Source: Planctomycetota bacterium
Lineage (GTDB): Bacteria > Planctomycetota > UBA8108 > SXIK01
Length of the DNA stretch: 64,000 bases
NCBI GenBank assembly: GCA_965223265.1
Contig: OZ244999.1
Span: 4,032,001 to 4,096,000 of the forward strand
Direction of reading: 5' to 3'
The notes beneath the pieces were generated by a model that worked only from the letters and a program-made list of their open reading frames with translations, had not been told where the DNA came from and did no database searches. The position numbers were made by a program, and so were the translations under genes. Below, piece by piece: positions 47,663 through 58,587 of this stretch (the stretch's first letter is position 1; every line of letters begins with the position of its first letter).

Positions 47663-48682
47663 ATGGCCGATCCCACCGACAACGTTCTCGAGCCCACAGC
47701 CCAGCAGGACACACCGCGGGCCTCGACCCGCCGCAGTACGATTGCGTATTTCTGGATCGCAGTGCGTGGTCTGTGCATGGGAGCAGCCGATATCGTGCCA
47801 GGAGTTTCGGGCGGCACGATGGCGTTTATCCTCGGCATCTACGAAGAGCTCGTCGAATCCATCCGTGCGTTCGGCCGGGTGACGTTTCTCCGCTCGCTAG
47901 CGCAGCTGCGCTTTGCAGCAGCTGCCCGCGCCGTCAACCTGCCGTTTCTCGTCGCCCTCGGCTGCGGCATTCTCGCCGCCGTTTTGACCCTGGCCCACAG
48001 CATCGAGTGGCTCCTCCACGACCACGCCGCCTACCTGTGGAGCTTCTTTTTCGGCTTGGTCTTGGCATCCGTTCTCGTCGTCAGCGGCAGGATCAAAGCT
48101 TGGTCCGCACTGCGTGTCGCGCTTCTCGTTGGAGGCAGCGCCCTAGCCTACGGATTCGTCGGTTTGGTCCCGCTGCAGACGCCGGAAACTTGGTGGTTTC
48201 TCATTCTCAGCGGCGCGGCGGCAAGCTGTGCTTTGATCCTTCCCGGCATCTCGGGAGCCTTTCTGCTCCTACTTCTCAGCAAATACCACTTCGTCCTGAA
48301 CGCCATCAATCAACGCGACTACGGCGCTCTCGTGCTGATTGCACTCGGCGCGGGACTTGGGCTCATCGCCTTCACCCAGGTGCTTGGATGGCTATTCCAC
48401 CGCTTCCACGACAACGTCATCGCGCTGTTGACTGGGTTCATGCTTGGGAGCTTGCGCAAAGTGTGGCCGTGGAAAGAGGAGGCAGAATGGCTGCGCGACG
48501 CTGCCGGCCAGTTCGTCATGAAGGATGGACAGCGCATCGCGGTGAAGGAGAACAATCTTCTGCCGTGGGATGTGGCGCACGTCGACACGCCGGAGATCTT
48601 GCTCGCGTGTGGGCTCGCGGTGGTTGGCTTTGCAGTCGTTGTCGCGATCGATCGTCTGGCCAAACGAACCGCGATGGTCTGA
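47663..48682 (+). CDS. DUF368 family (putative undecaprenyl-phosphate translocase)
   Basis: MGAADIVPGVSGGTMA..LGIY, LPGISGA, GFMLGSL..WPW. Confidence 0.92.
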   Translation: MADPTDNVLEPTAQQDTPRASTRRSTIAYFWIAVRGLCMGAADIVPGVSGGTMAFILGIYEELVESIRAFGRVTFLRSLAQLRFAAAARAVNLPFLVALGCGILAAVLTLAHSIEWLLHDHAAYLWSFFFGLVLASVLVVSGRIKAWSALRVALLVGGSALAYGFVGLVPLQTPETWWFLILSGAAASCALILPGISGAFLLLLLSKYHFVLNAINQRDYGALVLIALGAGLGLIAFTQVLGWLFHRFHDNVIALLTGFMLGSLRKVWPWKEEAEWLRDAAGQFVMKDGQRIAVKENNLLPWDVAHVDTPEILLACGLAVVGFAVVVAIDRLAKRTAMV

Positions 48683-48901
48683 CAACGCGTTGCGTGCGAG
48701 ACCGCTCCGTCGCCAGCCCTAAAAAAAAGAGGCAAAGCGAGAGAGCGGCCAAGAGTGCTTCAGTAGCGGTGTTTCGAGACTCGTTGGTGCGCGGAGCGCG
48801 CGTACGTGAGCATCGCCGGCGGTTCAAACGTCGCGAACTCCGTGTTACTCGCCGAGTCGTCGTTTCTTGCCGCCACTTCTTGTCAGCGCCGGGGGGCAAC
48901 G

Positions 48902-49600
48902 TCAATCAACGCGCGGGTCCACCACAATCGCCTTCGGCGCCGTAGGGCAGTACATCTGACAGACGCCGCAGCCGGTGCAGCCCGAGGCGTTCACGGCCAC
49001 TTCACCGCCGTACTCTGGGATGTCGATGGCGGCCGGTCCGATCGGACACTTATCGACGCAGATTTCGCAGTCTTCACCCTGACTGCGGATACACACCTCC
49101 GGATCGACGCGTGCCTTGCCCATCTCGATTCGCTCCGCAGGCACGAGCTGCAGGGCGCCCGTCGGGCACGCGTGCATGCAAGCCAAGTCATCGCAGATCA
49201 CACACGCCTGCAGATCGGGGTCAATCACCGGCTTGTTCTGCAGCGTCGCGTCATCGTCGTTGAGCAGATGGATGGCCGAAACCGGACAAGCCTGAACACA
49301 GCCGCCGCTGCCAACGCAGCGTTCAAGAAACTCCTCTTCGGGCACGGCTCCTGGGGGGCGGAGGAGCGCCTTTCCCGAACTCGACAGGTAGCGCGTCCCC
49401 GCTCCGGTCGACGGAGGCCGTGGCTGCTGGCCGTCTTCGTCGACCCAGTTCGGCACCTCCAAGTGTTGAACGCGCTGCTCCACCATTTCAGCCAGGGGTT
49501 TGAGGAAATGGCGCAGACCCTGCCGAAAGAATCCGCGGCGGTGCATGCGATCGTCGTCCTCTTCGGATCGCCCAGAGATGTTCTCGTTCTGTTCCGTCAT
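48902..49600 (-). CDS. NapG/NapF/MauM-like multi-[4Fe-4S] ferredoxin
   Basis: RRGFF, LRPPGA, four Cys clusters (C..S..C...CP; C..C...C...CP; C...C..C...CP; C..C..C...CP). Confidence 0.85.
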   Translation of the reverse strand: MTEQNENISGRSEEDDDRMHRRGFFRQGLRHFLKPLAEMVEQRVQHLEVPNWVDEDGQQPRPPSTGAGTRYLSSSGKALLRPPGAVPEEEFLERCVGSGGCVQACPVSAIHLLNDDDATLQNKPVIDPDLQACVICDDLACMHACPTGALQLVPAERIEMGKARVDPEVCIRSQGEDCEICVDKCPIGPAAIDIPEYGGEVAVNASGCTGCGVCQMYCPTAPKAIVVDPRVD

Positions 49601-50088
49601 CGAATTCCAATACGCAAGACGTGCGCGCGTGAGATGTATCACAAACCTCCCAAGATCGATGGGCTGCTAGCGCAGGACCCACAGGAGGCAGCGGAAAACT
49701 GTAAAGTATAAACTCCCCACGTCCAGATGGCCACGGCAGGCGTCGGTAGCGCTCGCGCGCGCGGCGCGGGCGGTCAATTCGAGCCACCAGCGCTCGCCGA
49801 ATCGCGCAAGACTTCGCCGCGCGTGAACGTGGTAGCTTGGAACGCTGTCGATCCGCCCGCACTGCGAACCGGCAATCGCTCGCCGACAAGCCCGCTGCGG
49901 CAGAGGCCGTGCGATTGGCACCCGACTCCGGCGTCAGACGACCTGTCGACCCACGACGACGGCGCTCTGTAGAACTTCCGAGTTCCGACGCGATTACGCG
50001 ACTGCTATACTCACGGGCCGGTCACGCGCCTGCCTGAAATCAGCTCAGAGGCGCTGTCTTTTCCAATCCCTCGCACAGCGGGCGCGCG

Positions 50089-51780
50089 ATGCCTCACCCA
50101 ACTTACTGTATCGGACTCGATTTCGGCACCAGCAGCGTACGAAGCCTCGTCGCACGCGTCGCCGACGGCGCGGAAGTGGGTCTTGCCGTAGCGCCATTTC
50201 AACATGGCTCCGACGGTGTCCTAAGTGATCCGCGTGACCCGAATCTCGCTCGGCAGGATCCCGCGGACTACCAAATCGCTTTGGAGAGCGCGGTCATCGA
50301 GTCAGTTCGCGCGGCGACGCGTGACCCAAATTTTGATGTCGCGCGCGTCGTCGGCATAGGGGTCGATGCGACGGCAAGTACCCCCATCCCCGTCGATACG
50401 TCGATGACACCGCTGTCGCAACACCCGGAGTTTGAGGGCAACCTTCACACTCACGCATGGCTCTGGAAGGATCACACGGCGTACGCCGAAGCAAGAGCGA
50501 TCACGGAGCTGGCACAAGAGCGCCACCCTGAGTATTTAGCGAAGTGTGGTGGCACTTACTCAAGCGAGTGGTTCTTCGCCAAGCTTCTCCACTTCGCTCG
50601 GGTAGCACCGGAAGCGTTCGCGGCCACAGCGGCGTGGGTGGAGCAAGGTGACTACATTGTCGCCTTCCTTTCCGGGTGCGACAACCCACGCGAGATCAGG
50701 CGAAACGTCTGCGCGGCAGGGCATAAGGCGCTTTACAACGAAAACTGGGGCAACCCGACAGCCGATTTTCTCGATCAACTTGACGCGTCTGTCGGCGCCT
50801 GGTGCCGTTCGCATCCGCTCGGTGCGACATCCACGGCTGGGCAAGAAGGCGGCACCTTGTGTGACCAATGGGCGAAACGGACCGGTCTGCGAGCAGGCAT
50901 CCCGATCTCGGTGGCCGCAATCGACGCCCACGTCGGGGCTGTCGGTGCCGGCATCCGGCCGGGAACGCTCGTCAAGATCCTCGGCACGAGTGGCTGCGAC
51001 ATGGCAGTCCACCCGGCAGACAGATCTTTGGCCGACATCCCGGGACTGTGCGGCGTCGTGCGCGATTCCATCTTACCAGACCACTTCGGCCTCGAGGCGG
51101 GACAGGCAGCGCTCGGCGACTTGTTCGGCTGGTTCGTACGTCGCTTCACGAGAGAAGCCGGAAAGTCGCACGCCGAGCTCACGGAACTGGCCGGCCGCCT
51201 CAAGCCAGGGGAATCGGGGTTGCTCGCACTCGACTGGAACAATGGCAACCGAACCGTGCTGGCAGATCCGCTGCTCACGGGCTGCCTCGTCGGCCAGACG
51301 CTCCAAACGCGACCAGAGGAGGTTTATCGCGCCCTGCTCGAGTCGACAGCATTTGGAGCGCGCGTGATCATGCAGCGCTTCGAGGACTACAACGTCAGAG
51401 TCGATCAGGTGGTTGTCTGCGGCGGGATCGCTGAAAAGAATCCGCTGCTGCTTCAGATATTCGCTGACGTCACAGGGCGACCGATCCGAGTGTCACGATC
51501 CCAAGAGACCTGCGCGCTGGGAGCCGCGATCTTCGGTAGCGTCGCGGCGGGGGCTGATCGCGGCGGTCACGCCACTGTGCTGGAAGCTCAGGACGCGATG
51601 TGCGGGCTGAAAGAGATCGAGTATCAACCGCACGCAGGACACAAAACGGTTTATCAGGAGTTGTACGAACTCTACAAACTCCTTCATGACGCCTTTGGCG
51701 TCGTTGGCTGCCAGCGCGAACTATTTCCCGTTATGAAGCGATTGATCGCGCTGCGCGAACGCGCCCGCGGCTCGGCGTGA
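50089..51780 (+). CDS. araB: ribulokinase (FGGY family)
   Basis: GLDFGTSSVR, DATAST, WKDHT, YSSEW, AGHKA, DAH, GTS.C, LDWNNGNR. Confidence 0.9.
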   Translation: MPHPTYCIGLDFGTSSVRSLVARVADGAEVGLAVAPFQHGSDGVLSDPRDPNLARQDPADYQIALESAVIESVRAATRDPNFDVARVVGIGVDATASTPIPVDTSMTPLSQHPEFEGNLHTHAWLWKDHTAYAEARAITELAQERHPEYLAKCGGTYSSEWFFAKLLHFARVAPEAFAATAAWVEQGDYIVAFLSGCDNPREIRRNVCAAGHKALYNENWGNPTADFLDQLDASVGAWCRSHPLGATSTAGQEGGTLCDQWAKRTGLRAGIPISVAAIDAHVGAVGAGIRPGTLVKILGTSGCDMAVHPADRSLADIPGLCGVVRDSILPDHFGLEAGQAALGDLFGWFVRRFTREAGKSHAELTELAGRLKPGESGLLALDWNNGNRTVLADPLLTGCLVGQTLQTRPEEVYRALLESTAFGARVIMQRFEDYNVRVDQVVVCGGIAEKNPLLLQIFADVTGRPIRVSRSQETCALGAAIFGSVAAGADRGGHATVLEAQDAMCGLKEIEYQPHAGHKTVYQELYELYKLLHDAFGVVGCQRELFPVMKRLIALRERARGSA

Positions 51781-51900
51781 CGATCAATCGATCAATTCTT
51801 TTGGGATCAGAGCGTCGAAAGGGCCGATAGATGGAAGAAATCCGGGCGTCAGAGATGCGCGCGCCAGCGTCGGAGCCCCGGCGGAAACGCGTGCAGCTGT

Positions 51901-51929
51901 TTGCAGACAGCTCTGAGCCGTGCTAAACT
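51901..51929 (+). promoter_or_regulatory. putative extended -10 sigma70 promoter for the S41 protease
   Basis: TTGCAG-N17-TAAACT with TG at the extended -10 position. Confidence 0.5.
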
Positions 51930-52039
51930 CCTACATATCTTCGTCTTAGGTAGAAACTTAGAACTTCGAACACAACATGTGAGTGGGCGTACTGGGGCGG
52001 TCGAGAAGTTCCGAAGAACGTGCGAATAGGGTGAACTCC

Positions 52040-54934
52040 ATGCAACAGTCGTCATCGCAGGCGTGGTCGCAGAAACGAACTCTGACTCGAGGCATTGTTC
52101 TGGCTGCGCTTTCGGCGGCGCTGGTCTTTTTCTTTTCTCTCACCGACAGCGCCTCCACGCAAGAAGGCGACGACAAACAGCCATACGTCCCCGAGCTGTT
52201 TCCGACGCTCGAGCAGAGTCTCAAGCGCTTTTACCTCGATCCAACTCGCATCCAACCGCGTAAGCTCGTCCGCAAGGCGCTGGGCGCGCTGGAGAACGCA
52301 GTCGACGAGATCTACGTCAAGGAAGCCGGAGACGACTCACCTCTGGTGCAGATCCACCTGAGCGGCAAGGTTTACGTCGTCTCCCTTGCCGGTGTGAATA
52401 CGCTCCAGGACGTAGTGAGTCTTTTCGACGGGCTCTTCAACTTCGTGCGGCAAAACTATCGGGGCAACCTCGGCGTTGGAGACATCCAGTACGCGGTTGC
52501 GAATGGATTCTTGAGCGGTCTGGATCCACACACCATGGTGTTCAGTCCGAAGGACTTTAGAAACTTCTCCGTCCACATCGAGGGCGAAATCTTCGGCGTC
52601 GGTATGTACGTCGGTAACCGCGACGGCAAGCTCACGGTGATCGAGGTTCTGCCGGAGACTCCAGCGCAGCGTGCTGGATTCAAGAAGAACGATCAGATCG
52701 CCCAAATCGGCGACGAGTCGACGATCAATATGACGGTCCCGGAGGCCGTCGACAAGATTCGTGGCCCTCGTAAATCGAAAGTGACGCTGACCGTCAAGCG
52801 CGCCAGGCGAGACGATCCCAACAAACTTGAAACGATTCCAATCGAAGTCGCACGCGACAAGGTCGTGATCAAGAGCGTCGAATCCAAGCTCATCAACGAT
52901 CGCACCGGCGACACACTTGGCGGCCCCGATTCGGCAGTGGGCTATGTCACTGTGCGCAACTTCGACAAAAACACTACGGACGGTAAAAACGGCCTGATCG
53001 AGCACCTCGCCAAACTAGAGCAGCAGAACGGCGGCAAAGAACTCGCCGGCCTAATACTTGATCTGCGGGGCAATTCAGGTGGCCTGCTGCGCCAAGCGGT
53101 GAAGATGAGCGATCTTTTCCTCACGCGTGGCGACATCGTCGTCCAGGCGACGCGCGGCAACCTCGTCAACCGCGAAGATGCCAACGACGATGACGATGAG
53201 CCCACGTATCCCATCGTGGTGCTGAGTGACCAAGGGTCCGCTTCCGGAGCCGAGATCGTGATCGGCGCGTTACAAAAGAACGACCGCGCAGTCGTACTCG
53301 GGACGCGAACGTTCGGCAAAGGCTCGGTCCAGCAGCTTCACCGGATGCCCAGAGAAGCGCAGCTGAAGATCACCGTCAGCGAATACTTGATCCCGGGAGA
53401 TATCTCAATCCAAAGCAACGGTGTAGTCCCTGACATTCTGGCACTTCCAGTGACGCTCGACGGCAAGGACAACGACAAGAACTTTGATCTTTTCCCGCGT
53501 GTGCGTAGCCTCACCGAAAGCAACTACCAAGAGCACATCGTGTCACGGTATGCGAAGGAGGAAGAGCCGTCATTCACGCTGAAGTATCTTCACGACCCCG
53601 TCGAGTACGACGCGGACAACGACCCATTCGTTAGCGGCAATTTGCAGCCGGCAAAAGACAAATTGGTCCTCATGGCGTTGGGGCTACTCGGCGACATGCA
53701 GGAAACCAATAGTCGCGAGGCGGTGCTCAAGCGACAGAAAGACGAAATCGAGGAGCTCAACCAAACGCTCTACGCTGAAATCGTCGCTCGTCTCGCGGAG
53801 CTCGGCATTGACTGGAGCGCCGGCGAAAACCCGACAGAAAAGAACGTTCAGCTGACGATTTCCTCCGAACGAATTCAAGAACCTTCAGGAGACGACGAAG
53901 ACCCCGTCCCGGTCAACAAGTTGCGACTCACGGCACGGTTGACGAACAACGGTACGGCTCCGCTGTATCGCGTCAAAGGCATCACGTCTTCGGAGTACTT
54001 TCTCTACAAACACCGCGAGTTCCTTTTTGGCAAAGTCGCGCCTGGAGAAACCGTTGAACGGAGTCTACAGATACGCCTGCCATATTTCCCAAATGCTCGC
54101 AACGACCTAATCACCATCGAGCTGAGTGGCGAAGACGATGCGGTCTTTCATTCAGGATCTTTGGCGTTGGAGCTGCTCGACGGTGGCCGGCCTCGATTCG
54201 CCTTCAAGTACGAGCTGATCGATGCCAAGTCGGAGCGACCGATCCGATCGCTAGAACCCGAAACTCAAGCAGTGCTTCGCGTCACTGTGACGAACTCGGG
54301 AGATGCCACAGCTCACAAGGGCGTCGTGATTCTGAGAAGCGAGATGGGACGCGAGGTCTTTCTGAGCAAGGGGCGTGTCGAATTCACAGAGCTGGAGGCC
54401 GGCGGCGACTTTGTGGCTGACTGCCGCTTCAATATCAGAGCCGGAGTCGACATCAGCCTCTACAAATTCGAACTCGCGGTTGTTGATTCATACTCAGGTG
54501 CAAACCTGAGCCGCAAGCTCGAGATCCCATCAAGTGAGTTTCAGGTGAAGGAATTCACGACGGGGACGACCTATGAAGCGCCAATCGTCAACGCGACCTT
54601 TTCTGCCGCCTCGACGAACGGCGGCGGCGAGCCAGGAGGCCCCCCGCTACTCGTCACTGGTGCGTCGAGCTTGACGCTCAAAGCGATGATTGAGTCGGCT
54701 TCAGGCGCCCCCTTCAAGTCTTGGGTCATTCAGAGTCCAATCGACGAAACCGAAATCTTCCCCGACAAGATCTTCTTTGTTGACTCTAAGGGCCGTGGCG
54801 AGTCGCAATGGCAGACGGTTGTGCCGCTGAGTGAAGGCACCAACGTCTTCACGGTTGTGGCGGAAGACAACGACGGTCTTATGGGGCGGAAAAACCTCGT
54901 GGTTCGGCGCGTCGCCAAGGAAAAAGCAGAGTAG
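52040..54934 (+). CDS. S41 carboxyl-terminal protease with PDZ and long C-terminal extension (MXAN_5808-like)
   Basis: LDPHT, PDZ (GVGM...TPAQRAG), DLRGNSGG, SASGAE (Ser), TFGKGSVQ (Lys), GVVPD. Confidence 0.88.
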   Translation: MQQSSSQAWSQKRTLTRGIVLAALSAALVFFFSLTDSASTQEGDDKQPYVPELFPTLEQSLKRFYLDPTRIQPRKLVRKALGALENAVDEIYVKEAGDDSPLVQIHLSGKVYVVSLAGVNTLQDVVSLFDGLFNFVRQNYRGNLGVGDIQYAVANGFLSGLDPHTMVFSPKDFRNFSVHIEGEIFGVGMYVGNRDGKLTVIEVLPETPAQRAGFKKNDQIAQIGDESTINMTVPEAVDKIRGPRKSKVTLTVKRARRDDPNKLETIPIEVARDKVVIKSVESKLINDRTGDTLGGPDSAVGYVTVRNFDKNTTDGKNGLIEHLAKLEQQNGGKELAGLILDLRGNSGGLLRQAVKMSDLFLTRGDIVVQATRGNLVNREDANDDDDEPTYPIVVLSDQGSASGAEIVIGALQKNDRAVVLGTRTFGKGSVQQLHRMPREAQLKITVSEYLIPGDISIQSNGVVPDILALPVTLDGKDNDKNFDLFPRVRSLTESNYQEHIVSRYAKEEEPSFTLKYLHDPVEYDADNDPFVSGNLQPAKDKLVLMALGLLGDMQETNSREAVLKRQKDEIEELNQTLYAEIVARLAELGIDWSAGENPTEKNVQLTISSERIQEPSGDDEDPVPVNKLRLTARLTNNGTAPLYRVKGITSSEYFLYKHREFLFGKVAPGETVERSLQIRLPYFPNARNDLITIELSGEDDAVFHSGSLALELLDGGRPRFAFKYELIDAKSERPIRSLEPETQAVLRVTVTNSGDATAHKGVVILRSEMGREVFLSKGRVEFTELEAGGDFVADCRFNIRAGVDISLYKFELAVVDSYSGANLSRKLEIPSSEFQVKEFTTGTTYEAPIVNATFSAASTNGGGEPGGPPLLVTGASSLTLKAMIESASGAPFKSWVIQSPIDETEIFPDKIFFVDSKGRGESQWQTVVPLSEGTNVFTVVAEDNDGLMGRKNLVVRRVAKEKAE

Positions 54935-54956
54935 ACGAGCGCGCCGGAAGCGCGGC

Positions 54957-56753
54957 TCATTCAGATGCAGCGGCCGCAGCGACGCGGTCTGCGAGCTCAG
55001 CTCTCCGCGCCTCGAGTGGAGCTCTCTTTTTTTTGAGCTCCTCCAGCGTCTTTTTGCCTTCGGCGCGAAAGTCCGGATTCCCCGACTCAAGATCCTCCTC
55101 TGCCCACCCCGCTTCTTCGTCAAGCTTAGCGAGTTCCCGCTCGACTTTGCCAAGTTCGATCTCCAGTTCGGCTCGGGCGCGCTCGCGAAGAATCGCCTCG
55201 GAGCGAAGACTCCAATTCGACGCGCCTCTCGCTCGCACCTCGTCGAGCTCACTTTGTACGCGGCGGCGCGTTCCCACCAGAACGCGTTCCTCGGCTCGCA
55301 GCTCAGACTGATCTTGCGAGTAGACCCTGCGCAGGTACGAATCGTCGGGCTCGAGCTCGCCGGCGAGGCGCCGGACATACGCCAAATTTGCGCGTACGAT
55401 CGCAATGTCTCGATCGCCCTCGATCGCCTGCATCTCCAGGTGTAGACCGCGGATCTCCGGCGCTTCCGGCTGTGCCCCGGACACTCTCGCTGCCGCCAAT
55501 TCGACACGCCTTCGTGCCAGCTTCGGTTCATAGCCGAAGCCGTCTTCCGTCAGCACCCGCACGTGCTCTTTGAATGGCGCGGGAAGCTCCTTCTGATCTC
55601 GAACCCATTCACGGCGATAGGTCTCTTGAAGATCGTAGATTTCGAGATACGCGGCCTCGATCTGGGCAGTCAAAAGTTCGGCGCGCAGGGCCAAACCACG
55701 CAGCTCGGCAGAGCTTCCCGGATCGACTGGAGGCGCAGCGGTTGCATCGCGTGTCGGACGAATCAGCTTGGAGAGACGAGCGGCTACGTCGACGAGTTGT
55801 GACTTTCTCGAATCGATCTGGCGAGCGATGGGTTCCATCGCTTCGTAGAGTGGCCTTCGTGCCTGCAAGGCGCGACGTCCCTCCACCTGCTTCAGATAGT
55901 GGACCAGAGCGACCTCAGAATCGAGCCGACGGAGAATGAGCTCCACGGGGACGCTCTCCTCAACAAGCTGACGCAAGTCGGTGACGAGGTGGTGGTTCAC
56001 CACCGGCGGCATCATCCATGGCAACAGACGGGGCGACGTCGTCGGATGCCATAGCAGCGAGTATGCGGGCTGACCGCGATTGGTGCCTCCCAGGGTGACC
56101 TCGACCGCATCAGGAATCGTCCGCGAACGGGCGCTATGGTCCGCCGACTCAAGCTCGACGCCGGGGTCTGACTCTGCATCAGGCTCTGCTTCGCGCTTCG
56201 AGTCCGTTTCACCGCTGGACGCGACGTCACGTCCGGAGTGTACGCCAGCGCCCGCGCCGAACGAGAAGCCTCGCACGAATGCTGGAAACCCGATGTCCGC
56301 CGTCTCGTCGAAAAAATCGAACAGAATACCCTCTGCTGGGTACTCCCGGACGACGCCAGCATCTCGCCAGCGAACGAGGACGAGAAGGCGATCTCCCTGC
56401 GTGCGCGCAAAGCCGTCCGGTCCGGTGATGTTCCAAAAGCTCGCCGATCGGCAGCCGATCGCCTTTAGGGCATCGTGAATCTCGGGGCCACGAGCGTCGA
56501 AGACGACCACCGTTTCGTGCTTCGGGCCCGTCCGGTGGCATGCGAAAACCTCGAGAACACGCGTGGCGCTGAAAAAACGGCACGGTATCCGCACTTCGCC
56601 GCTGGCACGATCAATTTCGATCGCCGACTCGCCAGCCCGCAGCGGAGCGCCAGCGCCAGCGTCGCGCGTCGGAATCGCCATGAGTATCGCCGTGAGTATC
56701 GTCAGCGAGACGGTCATCGAACGTGTCAGCGTCGACCGGTTGGGAGACTTCAT
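54957..56753 (-). CDS. secreted YdjY-like domain plus long coiled coil
   Basis: Signal peptide; LEVFAC...KHETVV...IHDAL..IG; GDRL.V.VRW; helical C-half. Confidence 0.6.
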   Translation of the reverse strand: MKSPNRSTLTRSMTVSLTILTAILMAIPTRDAGAGAPLRAGESAIEIDRASGEVRIPCRFFSATRVLEVFACHRTGPKHETVVVFDARGPEIHDALKAIGCRSASFWNITGPDGFARTQGDRLLVLVRWRDAGVVREYPAEGILFDFFDETADIGFPAFVRGFSFGAGAGVHSGRDVASSGETDSKREAEPDAESDPGVELESADHSARSRTIPDAVEVTLGGTNRGQPAYSLLWHPTTSPRLLPWMMPPVVNHHLVTDLRQLVEESVPVELILRRLDSEVALVHYLKQVEGRRALQARRPLYEAMEPIARQIDSRKSQLVDVAARLSKLIRPTRDATAAPPVDPGSSAELRGLALRAELLTAQIEAAYLEIYDLQETYRREWVRDQKELPAPFKEHVRVLTEDGFGYEPKLARRRVELAAARVSGAQPEAPEIRGLHLEMQAIEGDRDIAIVRANLAYVRRLAGELEPDDSYLRRVYSQDQSELRAEERVLVGTRRRVQSELDEVRARGASNWSLRSEAILRERARAELEIELGKVERELAKLDEEAGWAEEDLESGNPDFRAEGKKTLEELKKKRAPLEARRAELADRVAAAAASE

Positions 56754-57021
56754 GTGCGTCACACTCTTCACCGTGGCATCGTTCCCCCTTGTTATACCGG
56801 TCCCTCCCACGAGGTCCAGAGAACCCTTGAGTGTAGAGCGCCAGGGCAACACAGAGAGCACCTCCTCGAAGCAGCGCCTGCCGATCGCACGGCGATTGTC
56901 CGCACCGAAACGCTATGGTACGATCCCACCTTCGCATTTTTCGACCCGCCGGCTCACTTGAAGCTCGCCCCACAATCGTTTGCCGGGCTCCCGCCGCCAC
57001 GACAGGACTCTCCGACGAAAC

Positions 57022-58275
57022 ATGAAAAATCTGGCGCTGCCGTTTTCAAAGGCGGACATCGAATCCATCGCCACGGACCACCCAACGCCGTTTCACCTCT
57101 ACGATGAACGCGCAATCCGGGAAAATGCGCGTCGATTCCTAGAGGCGTTCGACTGGTGTCCCGGATTCAGGGAATTCTTCGCCGTCAAAGCGACCCCGAA
57201 TCCTCACCTACTCGAAATTATGCGAGACGAGGGGTTCGGCGCGGACTGCAGCTCGTTCGCGGAACTCACTCTGGCCGATTGCGTCGGCCTGCGCGGCGAG
57301 CAGATCATGTTCTCTTCGAATGAGACTCCCGCCGCTGAATTCATCAAGGCGAAATCTCTCGACGCGATCATCAATCTGGACGATCTCACGCACCTCGAGT
57401 TCCTGGAAAAAGTTACCGGACTTCCCAAGCTGATCTCGTTTCGTTTCAATCCCGGTCCAGCACGCACCGGCAACGCCATCATTGGAAATCCGGTGGAAGC
57501 GAAGTTCGGCCTGACACGCGAGCAACTTTTCGAAGGCTACAGCGAGGCACGAAGGCGCGGCGTGGAACGATTCGGACTTCACACGATGGTCATTTCGAAC
57601 GAACTTCACGGCGAGTATTTTCTCGAAACGGCGCGCATGCTTTTCGAGCTGGCGGTCGAGCTTCATGCTGATCTCGGCATTCGTCTGGAGTTCGTCAATC
57701 TGGGTGGCGGCATCGGCATACCATACCGTCCTGACGAGAGCCCGATCGATGTCGCCGCATTTGGCAGCGGCGTAAGACAACTCTATGAACAGATGATCGT
57801 CGCGAACGGCCTCGACCCGATGCGGATCTTTCTGGAGAGCGGGCGTTACTTCACCGGACCGTACGGCTACCTCATCACGCGAGCCATACACAAAAAAGCG
57901 ATCTACAAGCAGTACGTCGGAGTCGACGCATGCATGGCGCACCTTATGCGCCCCGGGATGTACGGCGCCTACCATCACATCACCGTACTCGGTAAAGAAG
58001 GGCAAACCTCGAATCGCGTCTACGACGTTGTCGGCTCGCTGTGCGAGAACAACGACAAGTTCGCCGTCGATCGTGAGCTACCCGAGATCGACATCAACGA
58101 CTTACTGGTCGTTCATGACACGGGAGCCCACGGCCACGCTATGGGGTTCAACTACAATGGAAAGCTGCGTTCAGCGGAACTCCTGCTGAGAGAGAACGGC
58201 GAAGTCCAACAGATCCGTCGTGCTGAGACAGAAAAGGACCTGTTCGCGACCCTTGACTATCCGGGGTTGACGTAG
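57022..58275 (+). CDS. lysA: diaminopimelate decarboxylase
   Basis: TPFHLYD, FAVKA (PLP Lys), KFG, NLGGG, ESGR, GSLCENND, GAHG..MGFNYN. Confidence 0.93.
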   Translation: MKNLALPFSKADIESIATDHPTPFHLYDERAIRENARRFLEAFDWCPGFREFFAVKATPNPHLLEIMRDEGFGADCSSFAELTLADCVGLRGEQIMFSSNETPAAEFIKAKSLDAIINLDDLTHLEFLEKVTGLPKLISFRFNPGPARTGNAIIGNPVEAKFGLTREQLFEGYSEARRRGVERFGLHTMVISNELHGEYFLETARMLFELAVELHADLGIRLEFVNLGGGIGIPYRPDESPIDVAAFGSGVRQLYEQMIVANGLDPMRIFLESGRYFTGPYGYLITRAIHKKAIYKQYVGVDACMAHLMRPGMYGAYHHITVLGKEGQTSNRVYDVVGSLCENNDKFAVDRELPEIDINDLLVVHDTGAHGHAMGFNYNGKLRSAELLLRENGEVQQIRRAETEKDLFATLDYPGLT

Positions 58276-58587
58276 GGCGGCTGACTGAACGACGTGCGGC
58301 GCTCTCAAGGCATCTTCTCTTCGTCTCTCCTTCGCGTAGTGGTCGCCATGGACTGCTGAGTTTCTCCGTGCGACGCTGCAAGATCTCGCTTTCACCAGCG
58401 GTTAGCGTTCTCTTCAGGAGTTGTTCAGGTCTCCGCTAGAGCGACTCGATGCTGAATGGAATTAGGCTTTTGAAGAAACGGGCGCGCTGTATCATAGGGG
58501 TGTCGAAAACCTCTGGCAGCGCCCCTCCTGCCGTCCCCTCCGACCCGTCGCGGTTCCCTGCGTCATAGCAATGCAAGTGGGCAAGTG

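Noticed and set aside
49840-49950. Cobalamin riboswitch-like fragments (GCCCGCACTG, GTCAGACGACCTGTC) upstream of araB
   Set aside because: Lacks the GGGAA...GGTG.AA.TCC core and the GGGAAG box, and the downstream gene is unrelated to B12; an Rfam scan would settle it
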